From assembly GCF_000007225.1 (NCBI RefSeq), contig NC_003364.1, positions 2,190,431-2,222,430 on the forward strand: 32,000 bases of DNA, written 5' to 3'. Source of the DNA: Pyrobaculum aerophilum str. IM2 (GTDB lineage: Archaea > Thermoproteota > Thermoprotei > Thermoproteales > Thermoproteaceae). Within the stretch, counting starts at the first letter, position 1. The number at the start of each line of letters is the position of its first letter. The translations under genes and the position numbers were made by a program. The notes under the pieces are model-generated. The model worked only from the letters and a program-made list of their open reading frames with translations, made no database searches and had not been told where the DNA came from. Below, piece by piece: positions 22,910-30,056 of the stretch.

Positions 22910-24736
22910 TTAGGGGTATGTCGTATGGGGCGGAATTGGCGGTATTAAGGGAGTCGGCCCGCTTGGCCTTTTAGGCGGCGGCGCTATGGGGCGCGGCTCT
23001 ACAAGCCAGTTTATAAGCGTTTTGAAGAATTTGTAATTATCGCCTAGCTGAATGAAATACGGCGTAAAGCTCCTCACGGAGCCCACCGCGGTGAAGTTGC
23101 CCGTGCGCACGGCTATTGTGTACACGTCCTCGCCGTAGCCGAACATATAGGCCTTTACCCGTAGTTTGAGGCCAGAGGTTGCGGCGAAGGCAGTGGGGCT
23201 TAACAAAATAAGCCTTGAGGCGTTGAACAAAGACCCGTTGACGTGGACATACTGCCAATTGGCCGCGAAGTCGTGCGCGCCGAGTCCTGTGAAGTTGTAC
23301 ACTGCCCTTATGACTGTGATGTTGAAGTAAGTCAGCAGGGGGTCAAAGACTGTTGTGGCGGAATAGGGCGTTATTATAATAAATGGAGGGGCTGAAATCA
23401 TCCCGCTGGCCCTCATGTCGGCGAAATACAACGCCCTAACTCCCCTGCGGGTGGCGTTGTAAACTGCCTCAGCCGCTAGGTCTGTAAACGGCACAGTGGG
23501 GTTGACAATAATCAAGCCAGTGGCGTTTTCTAATAGCTGTTGTAGAGAGAGCTCATCCCTCGCAAGCCTTAGGGCAAAGCCCCTTTCCACAAGCTCCTTT
23601 GCCAAGACCTCAAAAAAGCCCCTTGGGATTATATTGCCGTGGGAAAGATCTAATACTACATAGGGCCTGTAGGGCTTTTTCTCCTCAGGCGGCGCCGCTG
23701 GCGGCATGGGGGTGACGTTTATGGGGTGGTGGGGTATTTGTATTGCCCCGGGCCACAGGTAGAATACAGGAGGGGCGGATACGTTCATTAGGAATTGAAG
23801 CGGTATCTTGTTGCCTGAGATTAGAGGTACTACTATTCCAAACCCCGTGGCGTTGTATTTCTCATATATGTCCACAACGGTGTAGTTTTTAAGCCCCAGC
23901 TCCCTGGCCATGTCCTCAACGGCGTCCCATAGACCCCCTATTTTATCAATGAGGCCTAGCCTTAGGGCAGTCTCTGCGTTGAATATTTTCGCTGTTTCAA
24001 AGACCTCAGGATCCGCCTTAAGCCTGCCGGCCCGTCCCTTTAATACCGCGGCGACGAAATTAGCCCTTGTCTTTTCAATGTCGTTGTAAAACTCGGTGAG
24101 GTCCATGCCGTAATATTTAAACGGCCCCGTGGTGTAAATATAATCGGGCAAGTCAATGAGGTATTCGTCGGGCCATAAGAGGGCTACTACGCCAATGCTC
24201 CCCACCCAGCTAGACGGCGTAGCGTATATCCTCCCAGCCGCCACCGCCGTGTAGTAAGCCCCCGAGGCCGCCAGACCCGCCACAACTGCGTATACAGTCT
24301 TATTAAGCCCCTTGATTGTTGAGTAAAGGCGCTCTGTTGCGCCGACAGCTCCTCCAGGCGAGTTGATCAGCAGTATTACGCCGGCAGTTTTGTTGTCAAA
24401 CTGCAACTTCTTGACGTATTTAATGAGGAAATCTACATAGTAATCGAAGATGGGCTGATCCACCGGCACTATTACAATCTCCCTCTCCGCGGCAGCCCTC
24501 TTCTCCAATCTTTTTACTCTCACAGTCAGTTCCTCCAGCGTTTTGTTTATTGAAGCAAGCCTCTCAGTCAACGAGGAGTTAAGAGTCTTAACCTCTGCCG
24601 TTATTGACGACCTCACGTCGTCGATTTTCATAGTAATAGTCCTCTCGGCGTTCAATAGCCCCCACCACAGCGCAATGCCGAGGGCCAGCGCCGCAATTGC
24701 CAACACGAGCCCGGCTAATGCCAGCGCCTTTGCCAT
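22910..24736 (-). CDS. sppA: signal peptide peptidase SppA-type (S49) serine protease with a long C-terminal extension
   Basis: It has an N-terminal TM, a coiled-coil-like segment, then 'VILLINSPGGAVGATERLY' and 'GLAASGAYYTAVAA' (S49 blocks). A further domain of about 300 aa with many N-x-S/T sequons follows, then a Pro-rich tail 'PRPIAPPPKRPSGPTPLIPPIPP'. Confidence 0.75.
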   Translation of the reverse strand: MAKALALAGLVLAIAALALGIALWWGLLNAERTITMKIDDVRSSITAEVKTLNSSLTERLASINKTLEELTVRVKRLEKRAAAEREIVIVPVDQPIFDYYVDFLIKYVKKLQFDNKTAGVILLINSPGGAVGATERLYSTIKGLNKTVYAVVAGLAASGAYYTAVAAGRIYATPSSWVGSIGVVALLWPDEYLIDLPDYIYTTGPFKYYGMDLTEFYNDIEKTRANFVAAVLKGRAGRLKADPEVFETAKIFNAETALRLGLIDKIGGLWDAVEDMARELGLKNYTVVDIYEKYNATGFGIVVPLISGNKIPLQFLMNVSAPPVFYLWPGAIQIPHHPINVTPMPPAAPPEEKKPYRPYVVLDLSHGNIIPRGFFEVLAKELVERGFALRLARDELSLQQLLENATGLIIVNPTVPFTDLAAEAVYNATRRGVRALYFADMRASGMISAPPFIIITPYSATTVFDPLLTYFNITVIRAVYNFTGLGAHDFAANWQYVHVNGSLFNASRLILLSPTAFAATSGLKLRVKAYMFGYGEDVYTIAVRTGNFTAVGSVRSFTPYFIQLGDNYKFFKTLINWLVEPRPIAPPPKRPSGPTPLIPPIPPHTTYP

Positions 24737-24764
24737 AAAATTAAAATTTAATTCACATTTATGT

Positions 24765-25676
24765 TTATTCCTCCTCCTCTTCGAATACTAAAGCTTCGGC
24801 GGGCTCTCTCTTATACAGCTCTTTTCTGCTCGCCTCCAGTAGCTCCTCCCCCACCCCCCGGAGGGATGCATAAGTGGCTATTTCAACGCCGCGCTTCTCG
24901 GCGTATTCAAACAGCGGCGCCAATTTCTCCCGCCAGTCCCCGCTCCGCAGAGCGTGGTGGGCGACGACTAAAACGCGGGGGGCCAAGTCCACCACTTCTC
25001 TCAAATGGCGTATAGCCGCCTCTATGTCCCAGGGCAGGTAAGTAGGCGGCCCTCCCACTACGGCAATTGTGGGCCTAACCTCTTTGAGAAAGGCCACTGG
25101 CTCTGGCTCTACGGGCCCCTCCACGTCTGGAACAAAGGCCAGTCTCTCCTCGCCGTCTAAAACCGCAAAGGCCACTACTCTGCCCGTTTTAGAGCCAGCA
25201 GGGCCGTGCCAAAGGGATTGAGAAGCTTTAATTACAGTGCCTCCCACACGCCACTCGCCGCCGTCAGCATATATCAACTCAGCCCCGGCGTCGCCGAGGG
25301 CCTTTGAGAGGCCGTAGTGCCGCCTTCTCTGCGACCAATTTAAATCGTCGGGGCTTTTGAGAAGCACCCGCTTCCCGCCGTATATTTGTCTGTAAGTCTC
25401 TCCGTCTGTTGCCATGTAGACGCTGGGATACCACGGAGTGAAGTGGTCTCTGTGATAGTGGCTGACGGTGATGACATCAGCCGCCGCGGCTAGTCTGAGG
25501 ATTTCAGACCTAACGGCCCTGGCCCTCTCTAATTCCCTGGGGTGAGGCGGGAGGCCGAATCTACGAGGCGCCAGGGACACGCCGGCGTCAAAGAGGATGC
25601 GGACGTCGCGGGTCTCCACGTATAGACACATTGAGCGCACTCCCAGCGACTCCTCGCCCACTGGGAGTATTTCCAT
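24765..25676 (-). CDS. metallo-beta-lactamase-fold protein (archaeal UPF0282-like)
   Basis: 'LGVRSMCLYVETRDVRILFDAGVSLAP' and 'VITVSHYHRDHF' (a variant of HxHxDH). Length is 303 aa. Confidence 0.75.
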   Translation of the reverse strand: MEILPVGEESLGVRSMCLYVETRDVRILFDAGVSLAPRRFGLPPHPRELERARAVRSEILRLAAAADVITVSHYHRDHFTPWYPSVYMATDGETYRQIYGGKRVLLKSPDDLNWSQRRRHYGLSKALGDAGAELIYADGGEWRVGGTVIKASQSLWHGPAGSKTGRVVAFAVLDGEERLAFVPDVEGPVEPEPVAFLKEVRPTIAVVGGPPTYLPWDIEAAIRHLREVVDLAPRVLVVAHHALRSGDWREKLAPLFEYAEKRGVEIATYASLRGVGEELLEASRKELYKREPAEALVFEEEEE

Positions 25677-25677
25677 G

Positions 25678-26175
25678 TCACACTTTTTGCGCCAGTTTTA
25701 TAAGAGCTATCAGCTTGGCGAAGTCGGCCACAAAGGGGAGGTGCCACAAGCCGATTAACACGGCGGGTAGAGTATAGGCATATGCCGCGGCCGAGGCGAG
25801 GAAGATCGCCGCCCACGTTTTGTCTGTAGAGAGCAGTTTTCTGTAGACAAAATACCCGAGCACCGGCTCGCCGAAGTAGGCAATAGCTATTACCCCAGCG
25901 CCGAGCGGCTCGCCCAGCCAGAGCATTAAGACGCCGGCGGCAGAGGCGGCAATAACCGGAGGCCCCAGGCGGGAAAACCACCGCTCTCCCAACGCCCTCT
26001 TAAAACTGAAGTATACGTAGAGGGCGATGGCCACAAGAATTGTCATTAAGACGAGCGCAGGCGGGTAGAACACTCCGTAGTTGGCAACAGCGGGCAGTAT
26101 TGCGAGTATAATCACCGCGGCTGCGATGCTTCCTAAAAGCCCGGCTTTAAGCCCGTGCACTAAATCTTTATGCAC
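25678..26175 (-). CDS. polytopic membrane protein, function unknown
   Basis: 165 aa with five hydrophobic helices. Its stop is 1 nt from the ATG of the MBL-fold gene. Confidence 0.65.
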   Translation of the reverse strand: MHKDLVHGLKAGLLGSIAAAVIILAILPAVANYGVFYPPALVLMTILVAIALYVYFSFKRALGERWFSRLGPPVIAASAAGVLMLWLGEPLGAGVIAIAYFGEPVLGYFVYRKLLSTDKTWAAIFLASAAAYAYTLPAVLIGLWHLPFVADFAKLIALIKLAQKV

Positions 26176-26218
26176 AGTTTTTAAAAAACTTTGACCCCGC
26201 CGGCAGAGAAGGGGGGAG

Positions 26219-27061
26219 CTATTTAAAGAGGTATAAAATCGCCAGGGCGGGGAGGGCCGTGCTGTACATCACGGCGGCGGTATAGGCGGTAAGGCGACCG
26301 GCCACGGAGGGCGGATATATCGATGCGTAGAACTGCACCGCCGACCTGGGGAATTCGTATACAGTCATATAAACCACTCTGCCCAGCAACAGGGCGAGGA
26401 GGAGCTCCACACTCCCAATCCTCCCGGCGTGATACGCGGGGCCTGCCGCCATAATGCCGTAAGTAGGCCTGAAAGCCGCTATGGAGGCCACGGCCAAGGC
26501 CTCTGGCGAGAGGGGTAGCCAGTTAAAGGTAAACCTCACCCCCAAGTGATCCAAGAGTAAAAAAATAGCCTCGAACACCATATAACGCCAAGTCACAGAA
26601 AAGGCCTGTCTCCATATGTTCGCCCCTCTCAGCCGCTTAAGCTCGGCAGACAGCTCCGGCCACTTTGCCTTTATCCTCAAGGCGATTATAAACCCAAGCG
26701 CCGAGGATAGGTATACAATGCCTAAATAAGCCGCGCCGAGAAGGCCCAAGGACCCCAGCGCCACGGGTATGACGCCTATGCGGAGGTGCAATAAAACAAC
26801 GCGTATGGGCCAAGTGGCAAAGGTGAATTGAAGCAAGTGGGCAAAGCCCACAGCCCCGCGTCTGTAGGCATCGGCCAGTATTACGTGGGGAGTTCTGGCC
26901 TCGGCGACGGCCAACGCCACTAATGTAGCTGGAACTCCAGTCCTCTGCGAGATGGGCTGTGCTAAGCGCTCTACTTTCCACAAGAGCCTGCTGGCTATAT
27001 AGAGTCCCGCGGCTACTGAGAAAAAGACCAAGGCCCCCCTCCACAGCAAGTCAAGCCACAC
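26219..27061 (-). CDS. polytopic membrane protein, function unknown
   Basis: I take GTG 27061 ('VWLDLLWRGALVFFSVAAGLYIA...'). The listed start 27199 would run across the divergent promoter and into the FtsX paralog B gene. The protein has multiple hydrophobic helices. Confidence 0.6.
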   Translation of the reverse strand: MWLDLLWRGALVFFSVAAGLYIASRLLWKVERLAQPISQRTGVPATLVALAVAEARTPHVILADAYRRGAVGFAHLLQFTFATWPIRVVLLHLRIGVIPVALGSLGLLGAAYLGIVYLSSALGFIIALRIKAKWPELSAELKRLRGANIWRQAFSVTWRYMVFEAIFLLLDHLGVRFTFNWLPLSPEALAVASIAAFRPTYGIMAAGPAYHAGRIGSVELLLALLLGRVVYMTVYEFPRSAVQFYASIYPPSVAGRLTAYTAAVMYSTALPALAILYLFK

Positions 27062-27076
27062 AAGGGATCGGAAATG

Positions 27077-27088
27077 TATATTTAAAAG
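27077..27088. promoter_or_regulatory. A/T-rich element TATATTTAAAAG in a 43-bp divergent spacer
   Basis: Its centre is about 21 nt from GTG 27061 (minus) and about 23 nt from ATG 27105 (plus). Confidence 0.4.
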
Positions 27089-27104
27089 CGAAAATTTTAC
27101 CAAT

Positions 27105-28292
27105 ATGTACTGGGAGGTAATACGCCTTTCTTGGCGCGCTCTGTGGGAGAGGAAGGGCCGCACTATTGGCGCAATTATCGGCGTAGTCATCGCCTTCACG
27201 GCCCTCAGCTACGCCCTACTCTTAGGGCAGACGTTTAAAGACGCCGTAAGTGACTACTTCACGAAAAACTTCCAGCTGGACTCCCTCTACGTCACCGGGG
27301 CCCAGTTCACAGACGCCGATGTTAACGTGTTGAGGACTATCCCAGGCGTGGCGCACGCGGTGCCCATCGCCGCGGCCAGGGGCTTGGCCAAGGCGCCGGG
27401 GCAGCAACAGCCAGTGGCGGTCACTATATACGGAGTGAGCCCGGCTTACGCGGCGTTAATAATACCGGAAACTGCGCTTTACGAGGGGACTCTGGCGTTG
27501 GGCGGCGGTTTAGCCCTGGTTGGGTACTACGTGGCCTTTGATCGCTCTACGGGCGAGAGGAGGCTGGATCCCGGCGCCCCCCTCACTATTCAGATGGGGA
27601 GGAGGACGGCCTCTGTACAAGCCTCTGCCGTGCTGGCCTCCGGAGCAGTTGGCGTTTTGGACACCTTACGCGGCGTTGTTGTCGACATTGCGCTGTTCAG
27701 ACAGCTTGTGGGATCTGATACATACAACTTCGTATTAGTCCGCGTTAAGGACACAGCGCTGTTAGAACAAGTCGCGGCGGATATACGGGCATATTTTCCA
27801 AGCGCGGACGTTATATCCCCCCTGGCTGTTTTACAGACATTTGAAAGCTTCTTCACGTCCTTTCAATTGTTCCTAGGGCTGATAGCGGGGGTTAGCACTG
27901 TGATAACCGCCCTCTGGCTGTATGACACTATGTCCATAAGCGTAGTCCACCGCACTAAAGAAATCGGCGTGATGCGCGCCCTCGGGTACAAGAGGAGGCA
28001 CATAATGATCTTATTCCTCGCAGAGGCTCTGCTTATAGCCGCCATGGGAATCGCGCTTGGCGCCGCCGCCTTAATCCCTCTGGCACATGCCGGCCTCCCC
28101 ACTCCTGGCCAGACTTCCTCAAGCCTAAGGCCGGCCTTCCACCCGCCCTTTGCCGTACAAAGCCTTGAGCTAAACCCAGTGATTATGGCCGCGGCGGCCG
28201 CCCTAGTGATAGCAGTGAACCTCGCAGGCGCAGTCCTGCCGGCATACAGGGCGAGCAGGATAAATATCGTCGCTGCTCTGAGATACGAATAA
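27105..28292 (+). CDS. FtsX/MacB-type ABC transporter permease (paralog B)
   Basis: Collinear with paralog A: 'MYWEVIRLSWRALWERKGRTIGAIIGVVIAFTALSYALLLGQTFKD', 'FQLFLGLIAGVSTVITALWLYDTMSISVVHRTKEIGVMRALGYKRRHIMILFLAEALLIAA', and the tail 'PAYRASRINIVAALRYE'. Confidence 0.85.
   Translation: MYWEVIRLSWRALWERKGRTIGAIIGVVIAFTALSYALLLGQTFKDAVSDYFTKNFQLDSLYVTGAQFTDADVNVLRTIPGVAHAVPIAAARGLAKAPGQQQPVAVTIYGVSPAYAALIIPETALYEGTLALGGGLALVGYYVAFDRSTGERRLDPGAPLTIQMGRRTASVQASAVLASGAVGVLDTLRGVVVDIALFRQLVGSDTYNFVLVRVKDTALLEQVAADIRAYFPSADVISPLAVLQTFESFFTSFQLFLGLIAGVSTVITALWLYDTMSISVVHRTKEIGVMRALGYKRRHIMILFLAEALLIAAMGIALGAAALIPLAHAGLPTPGQTSSSLRPAFHPPFAVQSLELNPVIMAAAAALVIAVNLAGAVLPAYRASRINIVAALRYE
27137..27242 (+). 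repeat. 106-nt perfect inverted copy of 15169-15274
   Basis: See the entry for 15169-15274. The coordinate sum is constant (42411) for both identical tracts, so there are no indels between them. Confidence 0.95.
27867..27922 (+). repeat. 56-nt perfect inverted copy of 14489-14544
   Basis: See the entry for 14489-14544. Confidence 0.9.
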
Positions 28293-28528
28293 AACGCGCT
28301 GTGAGGCTAAGACTGGACTCTAGCCGGCGACGTGGTCGCCCCCCAGTTGGCAATAGTTGAAAAACTGGCCAAGTGGGCTGGGGAGCGGGGAAAGAGACTT
28401 GTCGTGTTTTTAGAACATTTTAAAAAGAGATCTCTCTATACGGTGGAGAAAAAATTCGCCAAATCAGCAAGAAATAGGCTTAAACGTGACCTGCGAAAGC
28501 TGTTTTATTTCGCGAAAAGTCTTACTGA

Positions 28529-28883
28529 GACAATCCTTTTGAAGACTGCGAGGCGTTTTACACGGAGGCCGCTGGAGAGCGTTCACATATGTGGAAATTT
28601 CGGCAGAGCCCGGCAGATACGCCGTGGGCAACCGTGAAGGAGTTAAAGAGGGGGGACTGCGTCATACTTAGAGAGGCGGCGAGGCGTTTCCCGGCATCTC
28701 TAGGCGGCCGGCCCGGCCAGGAAAATAAGCAGAGAGGATAGCCACAAGCTTTTTGAGAAAATAGGCGCTGATATAAACTATTTTAGTGAGTGGCTTTCAA
28801 AATATAAAAAATTCTATTTAGTAGAGTTGGAGGGATATTACCCATTTGAAAAGCCCGTATCGCTTGATGACGTGATAGCCTAA
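28529..28883 (+). pseudogene. fragmented reading frames upstream of the McrB-like gene, possibly a decayed N-terminal PUA-like (ASCH/EVE-type) reader domain
   Basis: One frame (28529-28741) reads '...MWKFRQSPADTPWATVKELKRGDCVILREAARRF...' and ends in TAG. The frame of the McrB-like ORF reads (28701-28880) '...KISREDSHKLFEKIGADINYFSEWLSKYKKFYLVELEGYYPFEKPVSLDDVIA', followed by TAA (28881-28883) and immediately by the TTG start at 28884. Confidence 0.3.
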
Positions 28884-30056
28884 TTGGGCGTAAATCCCTA
28901 TGAGTTAATTACATTCGGAGACTTGCGGCTGAGGCTTGGCGCGAAATTCTTATTAGCTTGTAAAGCCGGTGACGGAATGGGCGCCAGTGCCCCGTTGGAG
29001 CGGTTTGTAGCTTTGTTAATCCTATCGGGCAAGAACGTTCTCCTCGTCGGCGCGCCGGGCGTTGGGAAGACGGAGCTGGCGCTTAGGGCCGCGCGTTTTT
29101 TCACCTGCTGCGAGCCCGAGGTGGAGGCGGGCCGGGAGGACTTGTCGTATGAAGACTTAGTCTGGAGCTACGCCGTGGGCCCAGACGGCAAGTTGGAGAG
29201 AAGGCTTGGCTCTCTGGGGCGCGCGGTGAAGAGGAGCTGGGAGTCATTGGCCAAGGGCGGAGGCCCCTGCCATTACGTCCTCGACGAGATTAACAGGGCG
29301 AACATCGACGTGGCCCTCGGCCGCGTCTTTACAGCCCTTGACGTTGAGCACAGGCCCAGGGTTAAGGTCTTTGAGGAGGCGGGAGTCGAGCCTCCCCTAA
29401 TCCCCACGTCGCTGAGAGTCTTCGCAACTATGAACGTAGTGGACAGAGGCCAGCTTTTTAAACTCAGCTTTGCCCTCTTGCGGAGATTCGCCTACGTCTA
29501 CGTGCCCCCTCCCCATAAATCTATCTCGCCGAGATTAGAAATACCCCATATCATCAAGCGCGATATTGACTTCACCCCATACGCCGAAAGGGCGTACAAA
29601 TCTCTTACAATTAACGGCGTGGGGCCCGGCGACATACCGACTATTTTAAAACTGCCCATTCCCCAGCCGGGGGAGATATTAGCCGAGGTGGACAGGCTAG
29701 GCCTAACTTCGCTTTTAAACTGGGCTCTTGAAAAAGCAGAGAGACTTGGCTTAGAGGTAGGCCCCTCTATGATACTAGACGTGTTAAAAATCGCGGCTGT
29801 ACGGGCCGCGGCGCCTAATTCGCTTAAGTTAGAAAAAGGCGCTTTTATTGACTTCGTGGCCTCTTCGCTAGTTCTGCCCTACTTCGCCTCAGCGGCCCCG
29901 AGAGTGCGCCAGAAGGCAATACTCTCCGCGAGACCCCCCGGCGAGTTGGAGGAGATGAGGAAAATAGTAAACGAGGTGAAGGAATTTTTCGGCGAAACCT
30001 CGGCGTCCTATACCGTGGCGAGAGGCTTGCTCTATGAACTCCCGGCGGAGGTGTGA
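28884..30056 (+). CDS. mcrB: McrB-family AAA+ GTPase (no intact N-terminal DNA-binding domain)
   Basis: Walker A 'LLVGAPGVGKTELA'. 'HYVLDEINRANIDVALGRVFTALD' matches the McrB signature DEINRAN. 'VFATMNVVDRGQLFKLSFALLRRFAYV' matches the E. coli McrB block 'MNTADRSL...ALRRRF'. The TTG start is uncertain. Confidence 0.85.
   Translation: MGVNPYELITFGDLRLRLGAKFLLACKAGDGMGASAPLERFVALLILSGKNVLLVGAPGVGKTELALRAARFFTCCEPEVEAGREDLSYEDLVWSYAVGPDGKLERRLGSLGRAVKRSWESLAKGGGPCHYVLDEINRANIDVALGRVFTALDVEHRPRVKVFEEAGVEPPLIPTSLRVFATMNVVDRGQLFKLSFALLRRFAYVYVPPPHKSISPRLEIPHIIKRDIDFTPYAERAYKSLTINGVGPGDIPTILKLPIPQPGEILAEVDRLGLTSLLNWALEKAERLGLEVGPSMILDVLKIAAVRAAAPNSLKLEKGAFIDFVASSLVLPYFASAAPRVRQKAILSARPPGELEEMRKIVNEVKEFFGETSASYTVARGLLYELPAEV

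Noticed and set aside
27062-27199. Upstream extension of the membrane-protein ORF 26219..27199
   Set aside because: It would run through the divergent promoter and 95 nt into the FtsX paralog B gene. GTG 27061 sits at the usual distance from the A/T element.
28332-28637. 101-aa basic ORF with a faint resemblance to the RuvC-II/bridge region of TnpB (IS200/IS605 OrfB): 'IVEKLAKWAGERGKRLVVFLEHFKK...KSARNRLKRDLRKL'
   Set aside because: The resemblance covers only about 40 residues. There is no zinc-finger or RuvC-III block downstream, no transposon ends and no TnpA. It may be a gene fragment, but I will not call it a mobile element.
28865-28933. Possible C/D box sRNA (TTGATGA ... CTGA). Other C-box-like hits are GTGATGA at 25468-25474 and ATGATGA on the minus strand at 22677-22683
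   Set aside because: The box spacing is wrong (20-24 nt or about 58 nt between the C and D boxes), there are no convincing internal D'/C' boxes, and there is no terminal stem. Pyrobaculum does encode many C/D sRNAs, but I cannot support any here by eye.
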